Source: Pseudomonadota bacterium (GTDB lineage: Bacteria; Pseudomonadota; Alphaproteobacteria; Puniceispirillales; UBA1172). Taken from it: a DNA stretch of 64,000 bases. This document shows, piece after piece, positions 19,501 through 30,680 of the stretch (positions are counted from its first letter, which is position 1; each line of letters opens with the position of its first letter). The notes below the pieces were generated by a model. It was not told where the DNA came from. It searched no databases and saw only the letters and a program-made list of their open reading frames with translations. The translations under genes and the position numbers were made by a program. Location: positions 788-64,787 of the forward strand of contig JAQCJL010000001.1 in the NCBI GenBank assembly GCA_027593125.1. The letters run 5' to 3'.

Positions 19501-20414
19501 GTGCCATATCCTGTCCAGATTGTCGCCAGCCCAACATCAAGCCCAAGCCCAAGAAAGACCAAAAACAAATAAAGGATAGAAAATCGGAATAAGGCCATAG
19601 GCGTTTTCATATCCGCATCATCGGATCGCCACAAAGCCACCGAAAGCATCAGAAAGCGGATGCCAAGCCCCGCCGCCAGCACCAAATACGCAAGCCCAGC
19701 CATGCCAATAAAAGCAGGGATTACCCCAACAATGGCAACAATGACAGCGTAGACAAGAATTTGATTCTTGGTTGCAGCAAACCCATGAACCACAGGAAAC
19801 ATGGGCACACCAACCCGCCGATAATCATCATTTCTAACTAGAGCCAGCGCCCAAAAATGAGGCGGTGTCCATGCAAAGATAATGAGGAAAAGCACCAAAG
19901 GTTCTAGACCAAAATCACCACCAGCCGCTAGCCAGCCAATCACCGGCGGAAATGCCCCGGCGGCACCGCCTATGACAATGTTCTGGGTTGTACTTCGTTT
20001 TAACCAAACCGTATAAATCAGCCCATAAAAAACAATGGTAAAAGCCAGCATTGCCGCCGCTTTAAAACCGCCAGCAAACCCTAGCACCAAGACTGACAAC
20101 ACGGAAATAATCAGACCAAGACTCAAAGCTTCATCAGGATGCACCCGGCCAAGCGGTATTGGCCGATTGGCTGTCCGTTCCATCTGGGCGTCAATATCAC
20201 GGTCATACCACTGATTAATTGCCCCTGATGCCCCGGCCCCAGCAGCAATTGCCAGAACAGAGATTATCATCAACACAGGATGTGTGGTCATTGGCGATAA
20301 CAATACCCCGATCACCGCCGTGAAGATCACAAGGCTCATCACTCGTGGCTTCATCAGAGCGACATAGTCCTCTGGTGAAGCCAAATATGGAGTTGATGAT
20401 ATTGCTTGAGCCAT
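19497..20414 (-). CDS. ctaB: Protoheme IX farnesyltransferase (heme O synthase).
   Basis: UbiA-superfamily polytopic protein with YDRDIDAQMERTANRP and a second D-rich loop. Confidence 0.95.
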   Translation of the reverse strand: MAQAISSTPYLASPEDYVALMKPRVMSLVIFTAVIGVLLSPMTTHPVLMIISVLAIAAGAGASGAINQWYDRDIDAQMERTANRPIPLGRVHPDEALSLGLIISVLSVLVLGFAGGFKAAAMLAFTIVFYGLIYTVWLKRSTTQNIVIGGAAGAFPPVIGWLAAGGDFGLEPLVLFLIIFAWTPPHFWALALVRNDDYRRVGVPMFPVVHGFAATKNQILVYAVIVAIVGVIPAFIGMAGLAYLVLAAGLGIRFLMLSVALWRSDDADMKTPMALFRFSILYLFLVFLGLGLDVGLATIWTGYGT

Positions 20415-20443
20415 TACGCTTACCTTTTGGTTATGAGAAAACC

Positions 20444-22054
<1,611 letters not shown>

Positions 22055-22058
22055 CTAA

Positions 22059-22913
22059 TTACTGTTGAACTGAGGCGAGTTCTACCGTAGCGGCAGAAAC
22101 TGGACCTGTTGCAAATTCTTGTTTGGCTTCATCAAGCCATGCCTTGTAGGCATCAGCGGAAACCGCCTTAACCACAATAGGCATATAGGAATGATTAGTG
22201 CCACAAATCTGGTTACATTGACCATAATAGGTCGTTTCACCCATTGGGACATCAATCCATGTTTCATTGGTGCGCCCGACAACGGTGTAGTTTTGCACTG
22301 CTAGCGCCGGCACAAAGAATGAATGCATGACATCGTTGCCTTGGATCAGCAATTTAATGCGAGTGCCTTCAGGAACAACCATAGGGTTATCCACTTCAAG
22401 CAACCGCATCTGGCCTTCGGTAAGGTCTTCTTCATCAATCATGTAGCTATCAAAAGCAATCTGCTCATCTGGATATTCATAATTCCAATACCACTGTGCG
22501 CCAGTAACCTTAATCACCATATCGGTTTCATCAGTCCGGTCTTGATAATATAGCAAACGGAAAGACGGCACCGCGATCACCACCAGGATGATAACAGGGA
22601 TCACCGTCCACAAAACCTCAATCAGGGGATTGTGCGTTGTTTTTGACGGCACCGCATTTCTGGATTCACGAAAGCGAAAGCAGGTGTAAATCAACAGCGC
22701 CAAAACAAATAGGGAAATGGCCGTAATAATGACTAACAGCAGGTTATGAAGATCATTCGCCTTTTCCGCAATGGAACCTGCTGCCGGTTGCATCCCAATC
22801 TGCCAAGGTTCAGGGGCAGAAGCCTGCACTGACCCTGATATGAGAGCGCCAGCAATGCCAACCCCAACTATCGCTAATTTATGAAACGGTTTCATCAAAA
22901 TGCTTTTCCGCAT
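22059..22913 (-). CDS. ctaC: Cytochrome c oxidase subunit II.
   Basis: Signal peptide, two TMs, CuA site HSFFVPA...CNQICGTNHSYM. GGGGGA RBS. Confidence 0.95.
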   Translation of the reverse strand: MRKSILMKPFHKLAIVGVGIAGALISGSVQASAPEPWQIGMQPAAGSIAEKANDLHNLLLVIITAISLFVLALLIYTCFRFRESRNAVPSKTTHNPLIEVLWTVIPVIILVVIAVPSFRLLYYQDRTDETDMVIKVTGAQWYWNYEYPDEQIAFDSYMIDEEDLTEGQMRLLEVDNPMVVPEGTRIKLLIQGNDVMHSFFVPALAVQNYTVVGRTNETWIDVPMGETTYYGQCNQICGTNHSYMPIVVKAVSADAYKAWLDEAKQEFATGPVSAATVELASVQQ

Positions 22914-23181
22914 TGTATATCCCCCAATTCTTCCGCAATTCCTACTATTCCAGATTTCCGGAGTATTTATGATCTAAACATAGACGGATTTTAAGCAAAT
23001 TGCCATGGCGGAAACATCACAAGCAGGCGCAATTCTTGCGACAGGTAGTCGCATGAGACGACTGATATAGCCTTTTACACAAAGATTTTCCCTTTCAATC
23101 CTGCCCAATCATCTCATATAAAGGAAGAGCAAGGGGCAAAACCCCGAAACTTTACCTGCGCTAACAGAGGATTTCTGGATC

Positions 23182-24621
23182 ATGGATGCCATCACCAAGA
23201 CCAATGAGCTGTTTTTTAATCAGACTGAGTTAACCGAAGATCAGATCATGCCCGTGATCGGGGATGCCCTAGCAGGAAGTGATGATGGGGAGCTATTTCT
23301 TGAAGAAAGTCACAGCGAATCGCTGGTTTTTGATGATGGCCGGATGAAAGCCAGCAATTATGATCGCTCCATGGGGTTTGGCTTGCGCGGCATTTCAGGG
23401 GAAGCCCATGGTTATGCTCATTCTGATGAAATGACAATCGCCGCGATTAAACGCGCAGCAAACACCATAAAATCGGTCAATGACGGCTATGATGGGGTGA
23501 TGGCCGTTGCGCCAAAGGGGGGCCACAATACCCCTCTATACACTAGCAACAACCCCCTTGAAGCCACCGATTTCACCACCAAAGTCAAATTGATTGAGGA
23601 TATTAACGCCTATGCTAGGGCGGCTGACCCTATGGTGAAACAGGTTAGTGTTTCTGTCGCCACCTCATGGCGAGCAGTGCGGATTATCCGCCCAGATGGA
23701 TTTCAGGCAGCAGATATCCGGCCTTTGGTTCGGATCAATGTTTCTGTGGTCTTGGAAAAGGATGGACGCATGGAAAGCGGTTCAAGCGGCGCAGGTGGCC
23801 GTGTCATGCTAGATCAATGGCTAGAACCATCAGCATGGCAAGGTCAGGTGAATGAAGCGGTGCGGCAAGCCCGTGTTAACCTGTCGTCAATTGCTGCGCC
23901 GGCAGGAGAGTTAGAAGTGGTATTAGGGCCAGGATGGCCTGGTGTGATGTTGCATGAGGCCGTTGGCCATGGCCTTGAAGGCGATTTTAATCGCAAAGGC
24001 ACTTCGCTTTTCAGTGGAAAAATTGGGGAGCAAGTTGCCGCCAAAGGCGTTACCGTTGTTGATGACGGCACCATGATGGATCGGCGTGGGTCGGTTACCA
24101 TTGATGATGAAGGCACAGCCTCGCGCCGAAATGTTCTGATCGAAGACGGTATTCTTGTGGGTTATATGCAGGATCGGCAAAATGCCCGTCTGATGGGGGT
24201 TGAACCCACTGGCAATGGCCGGCGGCAATCTTTTGCACATAGCCCCATGCCGCGCATGACCAACACCTTTATGATGAATGGCCAACACAGCCATGAAGAG
24301 ATTATATCATCAGTTAAAAAAGGGCTTTATGCGGTGAATTTTGGTGGTGGCCAAGTGGACATTACTAGCGGCAAGTTTGTCTTTGCGGCATCAGAAGCCT
24401 ATCTGATCGAAAACGGCAAGATTGGCGCCCCTGTCAAAGGGGCAACCTTAATTGGTAATGGCCCTGATGCCATGGGCAAAATTACGATGATAGGCAATGA
24501 TATGGAACTGGATCATGGGGTTGGAACTTGTGGCAAAGCCGGGCAAGGCGTTCCTGTGGGTGTTGGGCAACCGACCCTGAAAATGGGCGGCATTACCATT
24601 GGCGGCACAGATATCGGTTGA
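23182..24621 (+). CDS. tldD: Metalloprotease TldD.
   Basis: HEAVGHGLEGDFNRKGTS active-site motif. Typical size of 479 aa. Confidence 0.95.
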   Translation: MDAITKTNELFFNQTELTEDQIMPVIGDALAGSDDGELFLEESHSESLVFDDGRMKASNYDRSMGFGLRGISGEAHGYAHSDEMTIAAIKRAANTIKSVNDGYDGVMAVAPKGGHNTPLYTSNNPLEATDFTTKVKLIEDINAYARAADPMVKQVSVSVATSWRAVRIIRPDGFQAADIRPLVRINVSVVLEKDGRMESGSSGAGGRVMLDQWLEPSAWQGQVNEAVRQARVNLSSIAAPAGELEVVLGPGWPGVMLHEAVGHGLEGDFNRKGTSLFSGKIGEQVAAKGVTVVDDGTMMDRRGSVTIDDEGTASRRNVLIEDGILVGYMQDRQNARLMGVEPTGNGRRQSFAHSPMPRMTNTFMMNGQHSHEEIISSVKKGLYAVNFGGGQVDITSGKFVFAASEAYLIENGKIGAPVKGATLIGNGPDAMGKITMIGNDMELDHGVGTCGKAGQGVPVGVGQPTLKMGGITIGGTDIG

Positions 24622-25164
24622 TTATCCGCCTCTTTGGTTCTTGCGCCAATCTTTGGGGCGCAGGAAATCCCCTGCCCACATTCCCCTGCGTCCTGCCGCG
24701 GCAATCATTTCATCTTGATGATATTCTTTTCCATATTCCGACACCGCCAAGCCAGCACGGATTAACATTCTCTGAACATCCAGACCATCATCAACTGGTC
24801 CGGCATAGCACCGCCCTAAATCACGCTGATAGCGGTCTTTTCCCGTAATGACACAGGCAATGCCCCTGCCGCTACTTTCTAGGACCCCTTCAAGCATTGC
24901 CTTAGCCATCTTTCCACAAGGCCAGAGATCACCATCAGGGGTTTCGCATTGCTGTTTGATTTCTGGCGCATCAATCCCTAGCAGTCTGATTTTATGCTGA
25001 TCCAGGTGAATAGTGTCGCCATCTACCACGCGCCAATCATCAGCGGCAACAATAACCCCTTCGGCCTGCCCGGAGGCACCGAACCCAAGTAACAAAATAC
25101 TCAGAACCATCAAACGGCCTGATAAGCGTATTAGTCTGCGCATAATAATAGTTAACCCAATCAA
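24622..25164 (-). CDS. Secreted thermonuclease (SNase)-like nuclease.
   Basis: Signal peptide, VVDGDTIHL...IRLLGIDAPE and RYQRDLGRC motifs of the staphylococcal nuclease fold. Confidence 0.8.
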   Translation of the reverse strand: MIGLTIIMRRLIRLSGRLMVLSILLLGFGASGQAEGVIVAADDWRVVDGDTIHLDQHKIRLLGIDAPEIKQQCETPDGDLWPCGKMAKAMLEGVLESSGRGIACVITGKDRYQRDLGRCYAGPVDDGLDVQRMLIRAGLAVSEYGKEYHQDEMIAAAGRRGMWAGDFLRPKDWRKNQRGG

Positions 25165-25250
25165 CTCACAGATAATTTAACCCATTCGGGTATTCATGCA
25201 AGACACTTTAGGTAAAGAATGAGACTTAAGTCGCATCGGATGAGGGGTGG

Positions 25251-26450
25251 TTATGCAGTGCGGGAGTGCCGCCGCCGCCGAGGATACCAAATCATATTGC
25301 TAACAACCAGCAACAGCAAAAAGCTAATGATGCCGCCAAAACCAAAGGTCATCATGCCACCGCCAATTTCATAGAGCGGACCAGAACACACCAAGCCAAG
25401 CACCTGTCCCATTGAGCCCATGCCCTGAATGACCCCCATGATACCGCCAACTTCATTTTTCCGAATAACCTGACTTGCCGCAGAAGTGATCGTAGGATTG
25501 GCTAGGGCAAAACCGGTGCAGACAAGCGTTGTGCAAATGATCATCGGCCAGAACGCCGGTTCAAAAAACCCAACAAAATAGCCTACCATGACTACCGTCA
25601 TAATCTGTCCTATGACTAAGAGAAATGCCCCTGCCGCTGAGGCCCCTAATTCCGTCAAACGGCGCGTGATAGGGCCGATTAAAATCCCTTGAACAAGGAT
25701 GATAATGACCCCTACCCATGTGAACACATAGCCTGTCTGGCGGCTGGAATATTCCATCACGTCTTTTAAGACGAGGGTAAAGGATGCCTCAATCTGGGCG
25801 AAAGCGAGGTTAAGCAGAAATACCGCAAGGGCAAACATTAACAACCCACTCATTCGCAGCATCACAAAACGCCGTATCCATGACAATTGGCGCGGACGCA
25901 CATCCCCTTTGCTTTCAGGCACAAAGAAAATAGCAATGAAAAAACCGATTAAGGCCAAGGCTCCAGCCAGCAAAAACGGGGCCGTATGCACTGCACCTCC
26001 ATAACCGGAAAGAAGACCGCCAATAGCTGGCCCAGAGACAAAACCAAAGCCGACAAAAGCACCAAGAAGCCCCATCGCCCGCGCCCGTTGTTCAGGGGCA
26101 GTGGTATCCGTGATAATCGCCTGAATCACGCCAATACTGCCTGATGCAAATCCCGCCAGAATTCGGGCAAAAAACATCATTGTGATATCTGTGGTCATGG
26201 CAAACCAAACATGGCCAATAACACTAAACAGAATAGACCCAAGCAACACCCGGCGGCGGCCAAAATAATCTGAAAGCCGCCCCAAAATAGGTGAGCCAAT
26301 CATCATAGCAAGAGCAAAAGAGGCCAAGAGCAAGGTCATTACGGTTTCGCTGGCCCCTGCCTCGTCAATCACGGCATAAGGCAACACCGGGATCAGCGCA
26401 CCAACCCCGACGAAGTTCACAAAAACAACAAGTAACAATCCCTGCATCAT
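25251..26450 (-). CDS. MFS transporter (12 TM, DHA1/Tet-like).
   Basis: GRLSDYFGRRRVLL motif A between TM2 and TM3. 12 hydrophobic segments. Confidence 0.8.
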   Translation of the reverse strand: MMQGLLLVVFVNFVGVGALIPVLPYAVIDEAGASETVMTLLLASFALAMMIGSPILGRLSDYFGRRRVLLGSILFSVIGHVWFAMTTDITMMFFARILAGFASGSIGVIQAIITDTTAPEQRARAMGLLGAFVGFGFVSGPAIGGLLSGYGGAVHTAPFLLAGALALIGFFIAIFFVPESKGDVRPRQLSWIRRFVMLRMSGLLMFALAVFLLNLAFAQIEASFTLVLKDVMEYSSRQTGYVFTWVGVIIILVQGILIGPITRRLTELGASAAGAFLLVIGQIMTVVMVGYFVGFFEPAFWPMIICTTLVCTGFALANPTITSAASQVIRKNEVGGIMGVIQGMGSMGQVLGLVCSGPLYEIGGGMMTFGFGGIISFLLLLVVSNMIWYPRRRRHSRTA

Positions 26451-26469
26451 AGCAATGGGCCTTTAAACT

Positions 26470-27834
26470 CTAACTTTTAAGCCGATAAACGTCATATAAA
26501 GGCTTAATATCTTGTTTCCATTCCTTGTGAAAACGGCCAAGCAAACGATCAGCTTGGGTTTCCCCCTTATCAATCAGATGCTTTATCGGTTGAAGATAGC
26601 CTGTCTCATCATCACCAACATCATTCAAACGCTTGCGCCGACTTAACCCTTGCTCTGAGATGCTGAGCACTTGTTTTGCCAGATCGGCCATATCCCTGTC
26701 ACCCAACTGTCCACGCAGGCCATCTTTTGCAGCACTCATTCGGGCATTCAGCACATCCTCAGCACCGATCGTCTTGACCATCTGGTAAGCTGCATCCAAA
26801 GCCTCTTCATCATAAAGTAATCCGACCCAGAAGGCTGGCAAGGCACAAATCATTCCCCAATCCCCGCCATCTGCGCCGCGCATTTCTAAAAACCGCTTCA
26901 AACGGACTTCGGGGAAAGCAGTGGTGGTATGATCTTCCCAATCTGAAATCACAGGAAAGCGGCCTTCATATCCGGGCAAAGTTCCGTCCATGAAATCCCG
27001 AAACGACAGGCCAGCCACATCCTGATAACTATCGCCGTCATGAATAAAATACATAGGCACATCAAGCAGATAATCTACCCATTGCTCATACCCAAAGCCT
27101 TCATCAAACACCGCGGCAGGAACGCCTGAGCGCGCCGCATCAGTATCTATCCATGCTGCTGCCCGGCTGGATAAATAGCCTGATGGCTTACCTTCAATAA
27201 AAGGGGAGTTTGCAAAAATTGCTGTTGCTAACGGCTGCAGCGCCAGCGAGGTGCGGAATTTTTTCACCATATCTGCCTCACTGGAAAAATCCAGATTGAC
27301 CTGAATGGTACAAGTCCGGAGCATCATATCCAGCCCCTTTGTTCCTACCTTAGGCATATAATCGCGCATGATGCGATAACGGCCTTTGGGCATCCACGGG
27401 ATATCTTCCCTTTGCCAAGTAGGATCAAAACCAATGCCCAACATCCAAATACAGTCATCAGACATGATTTCGGTCATCAATTTAAGATGCGATCGGGTTT
27501 CACTACAGGTCTGATGCAAAGTCTTTAACACAGCCCCTGAAAGTTCAAATTGGCCGCCAGGTTCAAGCGTGATTGAGGCGCCGTCATCGTGTTTAAGCGC
27601 AATGATATTGCCCATCTCTGTGACTTTGTGCCAACCCTCAATATTAGAAATCTGGGTCAGGATATCCCTAATCCCCCCCTGTTCTTCGTAACTGGGGCGA
27701 CGATGGGTTTTACAGTTGAAAAGAAGCTTTTCATGCTCAGTGCCAATGCCCCAATCATCAGGTGATTTCTCGCCATCCGCAAACCAAGCTATCATGCTTG
27801 CGCGGTCAATTGTGACGTCGTCATGGTTAGTCAT
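26470..27834 (-). CDS. gshA: Glutamate-cysteine ligase, plant/alphaproteobacterial type (GCS2).
   Basis: GTEHEKLLF, LEPGGQFELSGA, size of about 454 aa. Confidence 0.9.
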   Translation of the reverse strand: MTNHDDVTIDRASMIAWFADGEKSPDDWGIGTEHEKLLFNCKTHRRPSYEEQGGIRDILTQISNIEGWHKVTEMGNIIALKHDDGASITLEPGGQFELSGAVLKTLHQTCSETRSHLKLMTEIMSDDCIWMLGIGFDPTWQREDIPWMPKGRYRIMRDYMPKVGTKGLDMMLRTCTIQVNLDFSSEADMVKKFRTSLALQPLATAIFANSPFIEGKPSGYLSSRAAAWIDTDAARSGVPAAVFDEGFGYEQWVDYLLDVPMYFIHDGDSYQDVAGLSFRDFMDGTLPGYEGRFPVISDWEDHTTTAFPEVRLKRFLEMRGADGGDWGMICALPAFWVGLLYDEEALDAAYQMVKTIGAEDVLNARMSAAKDGLRGQLGDRDMADLAKQVLSISEQGLSRRKRLNDVGDDETGYLQPIKHLIDKGETQADRLLGRFHKEWKQDIKPLYDVYRLKS

Positions 27835-28586
27835 ATTTGTATTCCGTTCTTTTTTTCATAGATGGCCTGCCATAGGCCAATGGCAAGCACTGCGGCGGTA
27901 TCTGTTCGCAAAATACTATGGCCCAATGATACCCCATTTGCATGGGGTTGATCTAGCAAGAAACGCCTTTCATCATCAGAAAAGCCGCCCTCTGGTCCTA
28001 TCAAAATGATTGAGGTAAGCAGCCCATCAGAAGCCTGTAAATACGCCAGCAAATGATGATCTGGCTCACCGGCTTTAGCCTCATCACAAAATATGATCTC
28101 TTGCCCTGACTGCTCTGAACAAAAGGCATGAAGGGATTGGGGCTGTTCTAATACCGGTACTGAAAGGCGGCCAGATTGCTCAGCCGCTTCGGTGGCAATG
28201 GCAGAGAGGCGGTGATGATTGATTTGCGCATTCTGGGTAAAGGCTGTTGTCACAGGACAAAGCCGTGTCACCCCCAGTTCAGTGGCTTTTTCAATCATGG
28301 TTTCCATCCGATGCCGGCGGATCGGCGCAAAGGCCAAGGTCAGATCATGGGATGGTTGCGCTGGTCTTTGCTGATCTAGTATATCAAGTGCTGTTTTCTT
28401 TCTGCCTGTGACCACTAGCTTTGCCAGATATTCCCCATCTTCTTCATTAAAAACTTTGATTTGGTCGCCATCTTTTAACCTCAACACCGTCAACAGGTAA
28501 TGTTGCTGATCTGATGATGGGTCAAGCCTTTCCCCTGAGATGAGGGGCACAGCAAGATAGAGGCGTTGCAGAGATCGTGAAGTCAT
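27831..28586 (-). CDS. rsmE: 16S rRNA (uracil1498-N3)-methyltransferase.
   Basis: PUA-like N-domain (HYLLTVLRLKDGD), C-terminal SPOUT knot GPEGGFSDDE...LGHSILRTDTAA. The start is uncertain (28586, 28595 or 28625). Confidence 0.85.
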   Translation of the reverse strand: MTSRSLQRLYLAVPLISGERLDPSSDQQHYLLTVLRLKDGDQIKVFNEEDGEYLAKLVVTGRKKTALDILDQQRPAQPSHDLTLAFAPIRRHRMETMIEKATELGVTRLCPVTTAFTQNAQINHHRLSAIATEAAEQSGRLSVPVLEQPQSLHAFCSEQSGQEIIFCDEAKAGEPDHHLLAYLQASDGLLTSIILIGPEGGFSDDERRFLLDQPHANGVSLGHSILRTDTAAVLAIGLWQAIYEKKNGIQI

Positions 28587-28709
28587 GCCCTTCATTAGCG
28601 ATGCCCCCCTTTGGGTGCAAGCCAAATGTCAACCGCTTCGTCTTTTGCCATGTCAAAGTTATGATGTTGTGGGGTTGTTTTGCCGCATCTGTTCCAGTAA
28701 AAATGGCTC

Positions 28710-29654
28710 ATGACCTCCTCCGGCGATATCACCTCATTCGACAAAGGCATCTGGCGATATTTGCCGCCGCTATGCCGTGATATTCTTATTCTGATGCGAA
28801 TGGACCGGCCAATTGGATGGTGGTTATTGGTATTGCCAGCATGGATTGTCATGCCTGTTGCCGCCAGATTATACGATCTCGCAATGTGGGAATTGTTCCG
28901 CTTAATGGGGCTATTTTTAGTTGGCGCCATCATTATGCGGGGAACGGGCTGTATTGTTAACGATCTCTGGGACAGAGACATCGATCCGCACGTCACACGC
29001 ACCAGTGGTCGTCCCATTGCGGCCAAACGCATCAGTATAGGATTAGCGTTACTGATCATTTTTCTTCTGGCCTTGATCGGATTAGTGATTCTGATCCAAT
29101 TGCCCGTTGAAGCAATTGTCATTGGTATCGCCGCCTTGCCCCTTATTGTGGCATATCCCTTGGCAAAACGTTTCACAGGATACCCCCAGATCGTTCTTGG
29201 CATCACCTATAGTTGGGGGGCTTTGCTTGGCTGGGCGGCGATTGGCGTGTGGCCTGATAGCCGCGTCATTTGGCTTTATTTGGCTATGGCGTGCTGGACC
29301 TTTGGTTATGATACGATTTATGCCATTCAGGATATGACCGATGATGAGCGCATTGGCATTGGGTCATCAGCGCTTAGCCTTGCTGGGAATATCCAGAAAA
29401 TCACAGCGGTGGTTTATGGTTTGGTAATAGCCTTGCTCATAGGGTTTGCTGTGACCACAGGGGCAGGCCCATTTTTCAGCTTTGCCATCGTAGTTACAGC
29501 TTATCATTTTGGCTGGCAAGTTGCCCGTATCGATGAACATAACCCTAATCTGGCAGGGCGATTATTTCGCAGCAACCGAAATGTCGGGCTTATTCTAGCC
29601 GCCGGAACATTAGCAGATACGATACAGGCCTTGGGCTGGATAACCATAAGTTAG
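28710..29654 (+). CDS. ubiA: 4-hydroxybenzoate polyprenyltransferase.
   Basis: RMDRPIGWWLL, NDLWDRDIDPHVTRTSGRP, and a second YAIQDMTDDERIG motif. Confidence 0.9.
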   Translation: MTSSGDITSFDKGIWRYLPPLCRDILILMRMDRPIGWWLLVLPAWIVMPVAARLYDLAMWELFRLMGLFLVGAIIMRGTGCIVNDLWDRDIDPHVTRTSGRPIAAKRISIGLALLIIFLLALIGLVILIQLPVEAIVIGIAALPLIVAYPLAKRFTGYPQIVLGITYSWGALLGWAAIGVWPDSRVIWLYLAMACWTFGYDTIYAIQDMTDDERIGIGSSALSLAGNIQKITAVVYGLVIALLIGFAVTTGAGPFFSFAIVVTAYHFGWQVARIDEHNPNLAGRLFRSNRNVGLILAAGTLADTIQALGWITIS

Positions 29655-29676
29655 GGTTAGCGATATCAGAATAAGA

Positions 29677-30627
29677 TTAAACCAACCCCATGGTCTCATC
29701 TAGGCCAAGGGCAATATTCATGTTCTGAACCGCCGCGCCTGATGCACCTTTGCCCAGATTATCAAGGCGCGCAACGATCAGGGCTAATCCCATATCATCA
29801 TCCGAGGGATGAAACACATGAAGTTCCATCCGGTTAGTGCCTACCAAATCATCCATCCCCAGAAAGCCGCGATCATTCATTTGTGCTTGATCATTTAAGG
29901 GATGAACATGAACAAAATTGGCATCAAAATAATGTTGATTTAAGGCTGAATGTATATCGGCAATCGTCACCTGATGGGCTAACTTATCAAGATGAAGCGG
30001 CAAGAAGACCATCATGCCTGCATAAAAATCCCCAACCATCGGCGTAAAGACCGGCGGCCTGTTTAACCCCCCATGCATCATTACCTCTGGCAAATGTTTA
30101 TGATTCAGCCCAAGCGCATAGGCAAAATGCCGAGGTGATTCGCCAGCATCCATATATCCGATCAGAGCTTTGCCGCCGCCACTATACCCACTGACCGCCG
30201 AAATATTTAACGCCGCGTCCGAAGACAATATTCCGCGTTCTGTAAGCGGACGGATCATAGCAATCATAGCCGAAGCATAGCATCCAACATTGGCAATATG
30301 CCGCGAGCCGCTGATGCGATCTCGCTGGCCCGATGTCATCTCTGGAAAGCCATAGACCCAGCCATCCGCCGTACGATGCGCGGTAGAAGCATCTATGATG
30401 CGGCAGTTCAGTCCAGCCGCCAGAGAAGCTGCCTCAACCGCGCTGTCATCAGGCAAGCATAAGATCGTGACATCGGATGCCGCCATAGCGTCATAACGTT
30501 GTGCAGGGTCTTTACGGTGCTTTTCATTCAGCTGAATTAAACGGACTTCCGGATGCGCCATTAGCCGGTCTCGCACCTGCAAACCTGTTGTTCCTGCTTC
30601 ACCATCAATAAAAATTTTATAACTCAT
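29677..30627 (-). CDS. argC: N-acetyl-gamma-glutamyl-phosphate reductase (short type 2).
   Basis: IFIDGEAGTTGLQ N-terminus and catalytic ANVGCYA. Confidence 0.92.
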   Translation of the reverse strand: MSYKIFIDGEAGTTGLQVRDRLMAHPEVRLIQLNEKHRKDPAQRYDAMAASDVTILCLPDDSAVEAASLAAGLNCRIIDASTAHRTADGWVYGFPEMTSGQRDRISGSRHIANVGCYASAMIAMIRPLTERGILSSDAALNISAVSGYSGGGKALIGYMDAGESPRHFAYALGLNHKHLPEVMMHGGLNRPPVFTPMVGDFYAGMMVFLPLHLDKLAHQVTIADIHSALNQHYFDANFVHVHPLNDQAQMNDRGFLGMDDLVGTNRMELHVFHPSDDDMGLALIVARLDNLGKGASGAAVQNMNIALGLDETMGLV

Positions 30628-30680
30628 GCCTTTGTCATACTGTCAGACTGGTTGCGGAGCAAGCCAATATCGGCTAATCA

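Noticed and set aside
22914-23181. The largest intergenic region (268 nt, ctaC/tldD divergent), examined for an sRNA or small ORF.
   Set aside because: I found only short 4-5 bp hairpins and a 21-codon ORF (MAETSQAGAILATGSRMRRLI) without an RBS. There is no terminator-like structure. This is consistent with two divergent promoters and 5' UTRs.
24622-25164. The SNase-like nuclease abutting tldD as a possible toxin or defence effector.
   Set aside because: It has a classical signal peptide, so it is an exported nuclease. There is no adjacent immunity or inhibitor ORF, and this family is a common stand-alone gene in alphaproteobacteria.
28595-29206. A 203-aa minus-strand ORF spanning the rsmE start region and the 5' half of ubiA.
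   Set aside because: It overlaps the strongly supported ubiA (NDxxDxxxD motifs) on the opposite strand. The sequence is R/I/M-rich with no motif. It is most likely spurious.
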